From NCBI GenBank assembly GCA_000708835.1, contig DF237287.1, positions 36,656 through 100,655 of the forward strand: 64,000 nt of DNA, written 5' to 3'. The notes beneath the pieces were generated by a model that was not told the origin of the DNA, ran no database searches, and saw nothing but the letters and a program-made list of their open reading frames with translations. Below, one piece after another: positions 36,956 through 49,987 of this stretch; the stretch's first letter is position 1; each line of letters opens with the position of its first letter. This stretch comes from Klebsormidium nitens (taxonomy: Eukaryota > Plantae > Klebsormidiophyceae). The position numbers and the translations under genes are program-made.

Positions 36956-39900
36956 ATGGCTTCTTTGGAGCAGCTCTTAAGTTCTGTTCAGGGGTTGCAT
37001 GACACCCCGGAGCACCTTGAGACTGCGCGGACGCAACTCAAGCAGGCGGAGGAGATGCTCGCCAAGAGCGGCGCCGACAAACTCAATGTCGCCCTTAGCC
37101 ATCTGGATCCATCTAGATACTCCCTGGCATGGCTTTTCCTATTGTAAGTTCGCAGCCCCACTTCTGGAAGGAGGTGGCGGATGTGTCTTTCCCACCACCG
37201 CAAAAAGGAATTGTCTAAACTTTTTTTGGACCTCTCAATTCATTGGCATCACGAATACAGCGTGGTCCTTCAAATGCTCAACAATTCAGAGGGTAGGACT
37301 GATTCCTAGTGAGGTGTATATGTAGGTTCAGCAAAGGGAAAAGTTACACGTTCAACTATAGAGGACTTTCAACGTCTTGTGAAGCACAAGAATGCAGCCC
37401 GACGTCGTTCACTGTGTCGTTAAGATCGCTCATGCGCTAGGGATTGACAATCTATGACGTACTGTGAAGGGTTTCCTTTCAGCCAGCCATCTTGAAGAAG
37501 ACCCTGACTTTTGGATTTGACCTACTCTGTTTCGAGAGGCCAACATTTGTGTTGATCGGTTTGTTTGTTTCACTACATGTTAATGGGGGAATTGCTGGAG
37601 GTGAAGATTGACGGTGTCTATGCTTTTGCAGGGATGCCCAACAAGGGGTGACTCAGCCTGACAAGGCTGATGCCTTCATCAACCGCTGCACGGCTTTCCT
37701 CAAAGCTTGCCACCAGGACCAGATCAGGATTGCTGTCGAAAAATGTAGGTCCACCTTAGAAGGTTGTTGATAGTTGTGCTTAATGCTGTATTGTAGGGCG
37801 TGTGTCCAACCCTGTCTGGATACCCCTGCTCTCTCATGACAATTATCTGAACCATCTGGTTCTTGATCAACTTCCCATCCCCCACAATCTGAAACAATCT
37901 GGACATGTACAATAATCATGAGATCAAACATGGCAGCTTCAGCACTAGTGCACCCTTCTTGACGCATCCACTGAAGGGGATGGTGGTGAGTTGACAACCA
38001 AGGTTTTCATCTTTTTCTGCAGTCAACTCGGTGTGCTTCAAGCTGAAGGACTGCGTCTTAGTCCTGAACCAGCCCGCCCGTGGCGTCCTCCCCCTCCGCA
38101 CCGCCATCAAGAAACTGCAGCCCACATCAGAGCACCTGACACCGCAGCACGCCGACTTCCTTCTCCTTGTCGTCCTTTCAAAGATCTACAATGCGGGGCT
38201 GCCGGTGCTAGCTGAGGAAATCTTTGAGGTGGACGCCAAAAAGACGGGGATCGCGCCGCGGGACTTCTTGCTGTACTGCTACTACGGGTATGGCTCATCC
38301 ATGCCATGAGCTTATAACCATTTCTGCAGTCATGTTCCAGCTTGGTGGATGTTTTACATGGAACAGCACCTACCTTTTAGATAGGAGATTGGTTTCTGCT
38401 TGTGAAAAAAGGGGCCACTGTCAGCGGTTTCTGTATCATTGTTGTAATTCCTTAGCTATGTCCGGCTTTCTGGTCCAGAAGGGCCCAACATACATCAGTT
38501 TGAGGACAGTGAAACGTGGTCACTGATTGGTTGCAATATCCTCTTGCGTTCAGGGGGATGGTCTACATCGGCATGAAGAGATTCAAGAAAGCGTTGGAAC
38601 TTTTAGGCCATGTAAGTGTCAGCCATTGAGGAGAGACGTAACAGGAGGCTTGAGGTGCATCTGACGTGCAAGCTTCCTGCTGAATTCCGTCAAAGGGCAA
38701 GCAATAAATTAGCTTCTTCAAAAGTTGTTGGCCGGTAGAATCTTGGCTGAGTCTGCCAGCTGTCATTGTCCCGAAGGCTGGCTGGCGTGCAGCACATCAA
38801 GCTGCGGTAACATTATGCGCAGGCTATATCAGCACCTGCTCAAGTTCTGAACGCCATTACACTGGAGGCGTACAAGAAGTTCGTGGTTGTTCACTTGCTC
38901 GTTGACGGCCAGGTAAGGTCCAATCCCCCTTGGACTCCATCAGAATTCTGGGAAGAGCTCCTTCTGTTTTGGTTGCTCTCTGCTCGCACTTGCATTTTGT
39001 TGCAACTGGATAGGTTCCTCAGGCTGTAACGCTTGCGAGGTATGTAATTGCGATGGCATCTGTTTAACGTGCGCAGCTTCGCTCACCTGACCCGAGTCTT
39101 CCTGGCCCTTGCAGCTCCCTACCTTTCAAAAATACACCCCAACAATCGTGCAGAAGCTTCTGAAAAGTAATAGTCAGGTAAGCATAGTCTGCTTCATTGC
39201 CGTTGGAGCTTCAGCTGTCAACTAAAGTGAACCGTCCTCCTGTGATGTTGCAATCACACATAAGCACCAATGTGCGGTCGAGGACCTTTTCTTGAAGACT
39301 GAGCTGTGGCCAAAACTCGCTACAATGCGCATGGGTAGGTAACGGCAAATGCACACGGAAGGAGTCACTCCCAGATGCAAGCCTGCAGGCCTCTTGGAAC
39401 TGCAAGCCGATCAAATCCGAATGGATTTTTCAAAGGATTTGCCAGCTCAGATTTTGATGCATCTGAACGTCTTCTGCAGCCTTACATCGACCTCGGAAAT
39501 GCATATGCGACACGGAGCGTGGGGGATCTGAAGAAGTGTATACAAACGAACGAGAATGTCTACAAAACCGTAAGCTGCGAGGCCTCTCTTTGTCTTCAAT
39601 CCTTCTTCATATGGATTAGTTCTAGAACGCCGCAACATCATTTCTGGTCAAAATAGCGGCCTGCAAGATTCCGTGAATCGACGTCCCTTCAATTGGACGA
39701 ATAGTCCAGGGGAGGCGATTTGGCTGCCCTTACGAGTGACTCTGAACAAACCAGTCTTGATCCTTTTGACGGACCCTCTGTAAGGATTTGTGAAGCCAAG
39801 AAGATCTGCAACCTTCGAAAAGGACGTTTGGCCGCGTATAGACTGGTGCTCGACTCAACCAATGAAAGCCAGTCGTTGCATAAAATGTTGAATATATTCA

Positions 39901-42230
39901 ATCCCTTAGTGGTAACGTGCCAAGAGTCGGTGAAGAGGACCTTGCGTACGGACAGGAGGTAGCGGAAGGTTTTGATTACTTCGAAACGCCGTCGGGTCTG
40001 GTAAACGTTTCCTTCGTTCGTCCAAGTCGCTTCACCTTGTCATTTTCTCCTCTCAGATTCCCGGACCGGAGGGTAGTCGGAAGATAGACCACCAACGGAT
40101 ATTGCGTGTTCAGCTGAAGTCGAGGGACTGACAAGCGCGAAATTGTTTCGGTTGTACCAGAGACAGACGAAGTTTGAAGTCAATTTTGTTAAAATGGGCT
40201 AATTCGCTGCGCAGGATACGAACCTGGGCCTGGTGAAGCAGCTGATTCCGTCGCTGTACAAGCGGAACATCCAGCGGCTGACGCAGACGTACCTCACGCT
40301 GTCGCTCAAGGACATTGCGGAAGCCGTCGAGCTGGAGGGGCCCAAGGAGGCCGAGCTGCACGTGCTGCGTATGGTGAGGCACACAGGGAATAAGAAGTAC
40401 ACCGTCTGTCAAGCATAACCCACCCTGCTTTCATGACCTAGGTTAACCAGCAGTTCATCTCTGGATGGTGAGGCACGCAGCAAACGACAGAGGCTCGCTT
40501 TTAGATCATCCAAAACCCACCCTGAAGGCACAGCTAACCACTCTGAAAGGTACAGTTACTGTTACCCGCGGTTCATCCATATGGTGATGCACGCAGGAAG
40601 CGACATAAACTCGCCTTCTGATGATTCAATCCAACCTGGAATCACAACTAACATCCTAAAGTCATAGTTAATGTCACTCGCAAAGCACCCCTGGCCAACG
40701 CTGTCCTTACTCAAGAGGTACTGTCTTTGCAGTCCAGTCGCAAAGTGACAGAATCTCTGAATATTTAGGCAGCTAAAAACAAAACCCCTAAGATAACCAG
40801 GCCTCCTGATACGTTTGGTTAGAGCGCTTTCTTGACCTACACCAATGACTTGTGGAGCATCTCGCTCAGCCCCAGGCCTGCTGCCTGGCCACAAGTCCGC
40901 CTCTCGTTCACAAGTCCCGCTCACATAACAGAAGTGCGCGCGAAGCAACCTGTAGCTGCGGATTCGGGTTGGCCTGAAACGGCCGTAAAGAACCAAGTCC
41001 TAATTCGGCGACTGAGAAGCCCGTCCGCCGTCGCCCCCGTCGCCACAGTCAAGATTGTCTTGGAGTATTCAAGGCGACATACGAGCCAAAATCACAGCCT
41101 TGTGGGCGCCTTGAAAGCCATCCGGGTTCTTTGCTGACGCCTTTTTCAACGTGGATTGGCCGTTGTGCGCAGATCGAGGAGGGGGAGATATTCGCGGAGA
41201 TCAACCAGAAGGACGGCATGGTCAGTTTCCGGGAGGACCCCGAGGAGTACAACTCGGTCGAGATGGTCAACCAGCTGGACGCGGAGATGCAGGGGTGAGT
41301 CTTTGCTCATCTTTTCTCCCGTCTTTATCCCTCTCTTCCTCTACTCGATTCTCTCCCTTCCTTCCCCTTCTTCTCTTTTCCGTCTTTTTTCGCTTCTTTG
41401 CCCCTCCTTTTGCCCTTTCTATTGAATGCGGAACGGGTAATCTGTGTCGTCGTCACGAACGAAGCTGTCGAGGCCATGAGCGACTTGCCAGCAGCGGTTA
41501 CAACGTGTTAGAATGGGGGCAGAGGCCTTCTAAGTGCCTACGAAAGCACGACGGAGCTTGGGCTGAAGAAGTGGACGCTGTCGAGACTAGACGAGATCCC
41601 TCGGAGACGGGTGGATGTGTCAAGTTGGGGCGAAATCGCCTGCATCAAGCCTGACATGCAAAGGGATGATCAGCGCAGAACAAGGACTCGAAGCACGCTT
41701 TTGCCTTCAAGCGGCCGGGTGTCCCTCTGCTTGCTTACTCGCACTCCTTCGCAGAAGGATTTCTGTCATAATTTTGAGAAGTTTTCTCATGCTGAGTTGG
41801 TCCTTCAGTTGGTCGTTAATACCCTCATCATAAAGTCCCGCTGACTAGAAGCGAAGCCAGCCTCAATGAAAGGCAGGTCGGTTAGTATCGAATCATCTAT
41901 CGACGTCCGTCAGTCCCTACTATCAGCACAAACCTACAATCTGGCCGTCTAATGTCTTCGTTGATTGTTGCAGCATGATCAAGCTTGCAAAGAAGGTGGC
42001 AGCAATTGACGAGCAGGTTTCGACGGACAAGGCCTACCTGGGAAAGGTACGTACCGGAATCGTTTTTGAGTTGCACAGGTGATTGCTCCTTGCATTGCTT
42101 GCTAATCACAAGCATGTGAGATCCTCGTGCCTTTGCAAAGTGTCTTTACTTTCAGAAACTCCAAAGAGATGCGTCAGCTGACGTGAAATCAACCGTTCCC
42201 GTCAACGAGAGAAGTATTGCTCACCGCTAG
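36956..42230 (+). CDS. CSN3: COP9 signalosome subunit 3 (PCI domain), multi-exon
   Basis: [31 protein letters not shown]; [19 protein letters not shown]; LEAYKKF; [29 protein letters not shown]; [23 protein letters not shown]. The last exon (42156-42230) is less certain. Confidence 0.93.
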
Positions 42231-43348
42231 TATCTGGTTTATGCAGATCAATCTGAAAGAGAGGCACAGTCGATTCGGAGAAGAGGACTACGAGATAGGC
42301 AGTCAAAGAATGTTTGTTGAACCAACTTACTAGAAGGTCTGGGATGGCCGGACTCCGTTCGATGCACAGAATTACATTACGTTTGATTTCCAAATGATTA
42401 CTTCATTCAACAAGGTTCTGGTCAGATCACCGGGGTATCATTTCAATGACTTGCACAATTCCGCACACATGTGTAATGCTTGTACGTACTACGTATCCGA
42501 GGCGATGCATGACCTTATGCCGTCTACGTTTGTGCGACGTTAGTATGAGTCCCGCGGTCTGGTCCTTACGTTTCCCGTACATGTAAAGATCACGATCATG
42601 CCTGCCAGGCCTCATGAGGCCTAGCTGGCAGGCATGCATCGATGCGTCTGCCTCACGAGGCTTGATTGGCCCGAAGTCGAATATATATTCGGAAGGTGCG
42701 GTTGCAAAGCAAAGATTTGAGAGGCGGTGTCAATTCGGCACATAATTCACGTACACAGCACCGGTGCAAATTGAATCATCTTATAGTGCAACGTCCATTA
42801 TGGTATAATTTCCAGTAATTTCCAATAATTTCATCATAACGCCCTTAGTCTCGTTCACCCATTGAGCACGGTCACTCAGCCGTCACTGCTCCGAGATGAT
42901 TGTTAATCAGCAACCATCGATCGGCTGAGCTGCATGTGTCCAATCCTAATCCGGCAGAACAACATGACAAATTAGGATCATGCACCCTTTCAGTGAGACC
43001 ACGATCGTTTGCATGCGAGACTCGTCTGATCAAAGTATAGAACCGTGTAGGTCGGTTTGATTCAGTGACTTGCTTCAGGCACTGGCAATTAAGAGTTGTT
43101 CGTGGCATGCGCCGCGCGGTGCTCCGCATGGCGGCCGGCCGGAATTCCGTTAACAAATAAGAATTCCGTTGTTAACACAGGGCAACGGGTTACCGCGGTG
43201 ACTCTGCACGCACCGTTGACAAGGCTGGGCGGTCGGAAGGGCGCCTCCATTCAAAAATGTCCAGCTCTTTTATGTAGACTCTAGTACGTAGCCGCGACTT
43301 ATGATTCCAACACCTTGACCTGAGCCAGAATCGTTCCATTCGATCCGG

Positions 43349-46300
43349 CTACTTGAGGAAAAACTTGTAGCTGAAGAGGCCTTCCCCGGCTCCCGACCCG
43401 CTGAGTGTGGTAATCTCCACGCTGCCCTTCGCCTTTTCGTACTGGCCCGCCCCACCAATGATGGCGACCACTTGCGTGTTCTTGCTCGTGTAGATGCCCT
43501 GTCATCAAGCGAAAGTAGACGCAGTGAGGCGAGGGAACGGGCGCTGCCCTTCTTAGAAACGAGATTAGCGGCGAGGCTGATGAGGTAAGCGTGTGGATAC
43601 TCTTTGGCTCGCTTTCAATAATGTGCGGGAGAAAGGAAATTTGGTCGAGTCCGGCTCCTTTGACAGACTCGGCTTGTTATCAGGTTTGTCAAGCAGAAAT
43701 ATGGCCTCTCATACTCTTGGCTGTGCCTTGACCTGAACACACGACGGTTGCACCGTTCGAAAAGCGGCGTTCGTGGCACTTGGTGTTCAGACCTTGCGAA
43801 GCTCTCAATCGGCAGACGCGGTTCCGTTCTCAGTCCGTTCCGTTCTTCTTTTATTGAAATATGTCCGGGGCATCTTGTCGGAATAGGCCTCGAGTTTTTC
43901 CTTGGAGATCACGTGTGCACGTAGGCGCGTCACGAACAATGTTTTAGGGGACCGGGGCGACTCAAAGTGCAGAACGGAAGAGCCAACGCGGAGAATCGCA
44001 ACGCAAAAAAGAAGACCAAAGGAAGTGGAGTGAAACGGAACACTGAAAAGACTCACGTAGATGACGAGATAATCGGCGCCGATGTGGATCGTGTCGAGGC
44101 AGATGAGCTCGAACTTGCCGTCGTCGAGAGGTCCCACCAGGTACACGCACGTCCCAATGTCGAACCCGATGGCCGTCGAGTTGTCGCTGGTGCTGAACAG
44201 GTTGTTCCTGCAATGCAAACAAGCAACCCGGTAAGGAGGGGCTTGTTTCTGTGATGAAGCGTTTCCAGATTTGGCTGTTGCCTTGGGCGAACGAGTGCGT
44301 TTTGCACAGAGGGGCAGCGGTGCAGGACGGGAGAGCATCACTCCAGAACTAGTAGACTTGAAAAAGTCTGAACCGAAGACTACGAACTAGTCGACAGATC
44401 GTTCCGCCTTGAGACAATGGAGGAAGACGACGTGATGAGACGGTTCCTGGCGGTTCGCTTCGAGACTCTTCTCGAGGGCCTTGACTCATTCGTTCGGATG
44501 CTTTCTCAAGTCTGTACGATCTTTTGAGGTAGTTCCGCAAGGATTCCGAGCTGAAAGAAAGCATAGAATGGGAGATTGACAAGGACTAAGAGGACGGCTG
44601 ACCTGAAGATGAGGAGAGCCCCGGCGGCCTGGGACGTCTCCGAGTTCTGGATCTCCCTCACCTCAAAACTGGCAGGGCTGCGGAATGAAAAGCACACGTT
44701 TAGGATACTCGGAACCAGAGCAAAATTTGAGGTAAAATTTACAGTGAACTGATTCAACCTGAAGCCGGATTTGCCCGCAAACATGCCAGATGCATGGGAA
44801 TAAAAGTGGAGAGCCAGTTTGTATGGAGTTAGATTGACCTCCAAACGGAACGAAGCTGCTGATTGCGGAGCTTGAAGACTTGCGCACTGGTTGGACGCTT
44901 CGAAACTGGATTCGATGGGATCAAGGAATACAGCTGCTCAAAGGACTGGATCCTTGTGGCGCGTTCGACGATACACGTTGACCGGCCTGACGTTGGCACC
45001 GCGCGCTTCGTAAGTGGCACAAACCAGACAATAACACGGCGTCCCAAAAGCCGACAGGTAGTGCTGTCAGGTCGCCAAACGCTAAGGCGTTGCGAACTGC
45101 AAGGAGCCCGAAAACAATCTGCCAATCCCTCTTGGACGACAAGGGTAATCTGTAGATTTGAAATTTTCTTCCGTGTCACCAAGACTCACCCCTGGCTGGA
45201 GGGCAGAACCGGGGGGATCCCCTCGGTGGCCAGCAACTGGTCCTTGGAGTACTGGGCAGTGTTGGGCTGGGGAAAGGGGCTCGGGGCAACGGTGTAAATC
45301 TGCACAAATGGGGATCCGTAGCTTTAAGATAAGCCGTACCGAAGCCTTACTGGAAGCCGTATGCAAATGAGGCCAGGTGTGATTGGCAGCATCGAGACGC
45401 TGAAGCTTACGCAAGTCGAGCAGTAGAGTCATCAGCAGCTCAACAGGCTTAGGAAGAATGGAGCAGGAAACAGAGGCCAAGCAGACCCACTGAGGCGAAC
45501 TCAAAGTGGAGAAAAAGACGGTCGATGCTTCAGGCTGAGTGAACATGAAGGGCAGATAATGCTTCCGCTGCCAAAACCAAGATGGAAGACGATTGAGCAA
45601 GGAGCCCAAAATGGAAAGATGTGGAAAACCGACCTGGTACTGGAAATCTCCGAAGGCACCCCCCATGTCGCTGGTGCTGATGGTGGTCAGAACGATGCGC
45701 CCGCGCGCGCCGCTGTAGATTCCGTACCCGCCGGTCACTTCGAGGTCGGCCACGTTGGCGCTCGTCAGCTTGCCCTGCACGAGGGAAAGGGACACTCGCT
45801 GACGTCAGACGTGCTGACGTCGAAGTACCTGGTGACGTTGTAAGAGCTCGTCTTGCTGCGTGCAAACGGCACCTAAGGGCAAAGCAGACGGCTAAAGAAC
45901 AGGATTATGAGAGTTGCGGTAGTCTCGGGAGGAGATGCAACCCGTACATTGCATACCCGTTGAGAAAAGTAGCAGAATTTGATGTACGGAGAGCAAAGCA
46001 GATTGGTATACGGCTCCGGGATGTGGTTCTAAAAAAGGTAATGCATATTTCTGTGATGTGAAATCACAAAAGGAGACATGACGCGTTTCTTCTCGAGTAC
46101 AGCGGCTAAGGAGCTGAAACCAACGACTCTGTTCGAAACTCGGCTTAAAGCTAACGGAGAAAGGCGTGAGATTCGTACCGCAGCAGTGATGAGGTCCGCG
46201 CCCAAGTGGATGCTGTAGAAGCAGAGGCCCTCAAAAGTCTGGTCGGCTTGGAGCCCGACGGAGTAGGCGCACGAACCAAGCGTGTAACCGATGGTGGTGC

Positions 46301-47800
46301 CATCTAGAGAACGCACTTCATTCCTGCAGTCATAGAGACGAAAACGCTGTGATTGGAGAAAGGCTCAAGACATTTCCCTCGAATCATGGACATTCGGGTT
46401 TCGTTATGTTCATGATTATGACCTGAAGAAAAAGACGGGGTTGCAAAGAGCTCAGGAAAACCAATGTTACTGCCGTCTCGGATTGGGTGATCCCAACAGG
46501 TTTCAGGAGCGTTTTTGCTCACATGAGCAAGAAGCTCGCTTTGAGTGACTAGCTATCAATGCCTGAACCTAGTCAAGCAGTTCTTTGCATTTCTCATACT
46601 CTCTGATCTGTTGCAATTGATGAACGGCCTGCTATTGTCAGTAGTACGTTAGAAGCTGAAGTTTCTAGGCTTCCAGTGGGAAAGTCAGAACCATAGGTTG
46701 GATTGGTTTGCCAGTCACGTATAATTGGCGTTTGACACTAGGATTGAAAGCAGAGCAGGGGCTTACCTGAACTTGAGGACTGTGCCAGGGACAGTGGGGT
46801 CACCGACGATTGTCTGGGTAGCCTCTGTGGCATACTCGATGAATTGGAGAGAAGGGGTCCTGTATGAAAAGGGTAGAATAACTCCAATGAGCCAGTTTGA
46901 CTTTACTGTAGTCCCTCAATGCTGTCGTGCACACGTTTTCAACAGTGGCCCATCAATGTTGCTCCTATCACGAAGAAATTGCACACGGACTGGGAGTTTG
47001 TCTAATCAAAGCAAGAGAAGCTAACGCAAGAGAACCTCTTACAACTGAATTAGCAGCTCCCTTGCAAGCACATTGCCTGTTGAACGATTCAGATTGGTTC
47101 AAACTGCTCACAAAGACGTTGCCTGCAGCTCAATACTCTTAACAACGGCAACGGCTGAAAATTCTCAATAAATTGTCACAATGCTGGGCCCTAGGACCTC
47201 ATCTTGAGCCTAAAAGTTTTAGAAGACCCTCGAGGCGTCAGTAATGAGAAGACGGACGTGCTGTTCAGAGTCTCATCATACAGTCGAGTCCCGATGCAGC
47301 TCTATCCACTTCCACTACCAAAGCTAAGCTACGTGAGGCTTGAATGCACAAGACGCTCTTGTATACTATCCTTGCATGAACATCTGTCTTGGGACAGTCA
47401 GAGAGTGAGCCAACCCTTCAATTTTGTACGAAAGGAACCATAAGCTGCACAGACCACACAATCTGAGACCCTCATACTGCATTCCGCCCTGCAACAAGTC
47501 AAGCGCAGTGAAACCCAACAAGCAGACAAGTTAATCAAAGAAGCAAACAATGTCCCCTTATTGCACGACACCTCACCCCGGCAGTGTGTTGGACCCCCCA
47601 TGAATCGCAGGGCAGGCGACATTGGCCTGCGGCGAACTCGAACACCCCCCGGGGCAGCACTCAAAGAAGTCCCCGCTCACAGAGTAGCACGCGTTGGGGT
47701 TCACGGAATTAGAACCGGTGTTGCAGTTGCTGCCAGCCGCGAGGCACACGTGGCTCACGGCCGCAACCAGGAGCAGAGCGAGCAGCACGGAGCGCGCCAT
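43349..47800 (-). CDS. Predicted secreted protein (about 362 aa): signal peptide + 6-Cys module + two tandem AOC/dirigent-like barrel domains (gene A)
   Basis: Exons 47800-47577, 46859-46767, 46323-46179, 45774-45634, 45299-45190, 44677-44603, 44207-44057, 43498-43349 join in frame via GT-AG (1089 nt). Hydrophobic N-terminus MARSVLLALLLVAAVSHVCLA; barrel signatures IGYTLGSC / LEVTGGYGIYSGARGRI and IGFDIGTC / VAIIGGAGQYEKAKGSV. Confidence 0.8.
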
Positions 47801-49987
47801 TGTTGCAGAGTGCTTGGGAAGGAATCGGTTGCGGCTGTAGTGGAAGTGCCGCCTCAATGCGGGCTCGCAACAGCTGCCGGTGAGGTCAATGCCGGGCCGC
47901 AAAACTGTGGACGGGACAAGTGCGGCCGTATGGATACTGCTCAGCTGGATTAGGTAGGTACTCATGCAATGGTATCAGAAAAGCTACGCAGACGTAGGTA
48001 CCCCGTACTCTTGTAGGTGCCTTGACGAAAGGTATTCACCTTAAACCTACCGGTACCTGCCTACCTGTCTTGGTCCCTTGTACAGTACCTAACGGTATTC
48101 CTGAAAGTCGATATGGCTATCACAACGATCACTACCTTAGAATCTATGCAATTCTGTCGTTGTCGGCAAGACAAAACACGCATGGGGTTTGTTGAACATG
48201 ACCTAATCAGGTACCGTACTGTCAAGTTTTCAACAGCAGGTGACGAATGCTTTCCATGTTGTGCGTGTGTACGGGTTCAAGTTGGTACCAAATCTACCGA
48301 TATTTATACCAATGAGGTAAGGTTACGCTGCAGAAGACCGTATTACGTTGGATACAGAACTTGTCCACACACGTTTGAAAACATGACCCGTTGAAGTTAA
48401 GGGGTACAGGCAATTGAGTGACCCCTATTGGCTATGTGGGCTGGCACCAGTACGGTACCTATTACGAAACGGTCGTGATCGGTGGACAGCTAGATTCTAG
48501 ATTATCTACCTAGGTACGTCTGAGAAGAAGATACCATGATGCAAGCCTCCGAGTACCGACCGTAATACTTACCTAGGTACCCAGTACCCACTGACTGGCA
48601 CTACCTACCATATAGTACTTACCTACCTACCGTCCTACCGTACCAATGTGCCTGAGCTCAGTCTCAGCGAGTCAGCGCCGACTGTAGGATAGTACACTGT
48701 CAACAAGGTGTGTACGACGTGCATTCCAATTTCCAAGTGCAGATGATGTGCAGTACGGTAACTGTCGATCGGCCTCCGTACTCAGCGGAGTCACCCGACC
48801 CGTACCTTCCGCGGCTGCGAAGTAACGAAGCCTGGACCAGTACGGTATACCGTATAGGTAGTCGTCACGACTCACCAGACCGAGTTACAGTGGTTCTTCT
48901 GTTCCGCGGAACGCCGGACGTCCAAGGTTAGCGGCAGGGGGTCGATCTCACGAAAAATGAATAATCCCGAACTCAAGTGCCGGGTTTTAGGGTTTCGTGC
49001 CGGTAACCAGCGCAGCGAGGGACCGCAGCGACGGCTGAAGTCCTGGTTGAAGTTCAATCACGTCGGTTCAGTCGCTGTGACATGACGCCAGTGCTGACAC
49101 TTTGGAACGCCCACTTTAAGCGAACCTGGCTTCGTTTCAAGTTTAACCTGGCTTCGTTTCCAGTTACCTAACCGCGAAACTTCTGGGCCCGACCGTCAGG
49201 CGGAACGGAGCGGAACGGGGCGGAAGGCACACTGCATTGATTCAACACAGAAAGCATATAAAATAGCGTATATCCGATTGCAACGTCAAAGGCATGACGT
49301 TTTGACAGATTGTGATCACTGATTGGCTTTATATAATTCGAACTGGTAGCTTTGCTGACGTCGGCATACAACTTGAATATCATGCCTGTCAAATGGCCGC
49401 ACTTGTGTCGTCCGTCAAGGATCCTCCGCTGACCGCGACACGCCATGTGTACGAGGCCGATAAACTTCAGGAACGGGAGATGTCACGGATTTTTGTAACA
49501 ATGATGTCCTAGGTAACCGGTCGGACTTGCCGTCAGGTACCTACTGTAGGTAATCACATTGTACTAGGTACCTGCAGGAAAATGTCGTCCGTATCCTATT
49601 TGCATGTACTAATACCCACTAGGTACCCCTTCTGTACCTGCTTACGGTACCGAATGCAGATTACGGTACCTGGTTGAACAGTGGGGCTGTCTTGCACCTC
49701 TTTAAGCATCTACCGTACTACGGTGGTTACCGATCACACTACCCAGTACCTAGCTCACTCTGAAATTCAACACATGAGCGGGGCCCGTATTAGAGAGAGA
49801 CGTTGCCAGCTAGGAATGTTACCACTGGTGCGCAGAGTCAAAACGAGTGCGATCCCCTCGCTTCGTGTGCTTCCACCCTGCTGTTCGCAGCTCGTTTCAC
49901 AGCAAGCTCAACTGCCGCGCAAGGGCGCAGACTGCCGCAAACTCTACCCCTTCTCCACGCATTGCCACGTACGCTGCGCAAATTGCA
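47801..49987. promoter_or_regulatory. Shared divergent upstream region of genes A and B, GTAC-rich
   Basis: Manual count: 25 GTAC in 47958-48843, 10 in 49537-49749, only 1 in between. Confidence 0.5.

Noticed and set aside
45186-45188. Stop-codon readthrough or selenocysteine at the TGA in gene A
   Set aside because: A consensus G|GTGAGT donor and a phase-compatible acceptor explain continuation without recoding.
47612-47725. Hevein or hydrophobin identity for the Cys module
   Set aside because: Only 6 Cys with one CC pair, and no SxxGxC aromatic chitin-binding motif.
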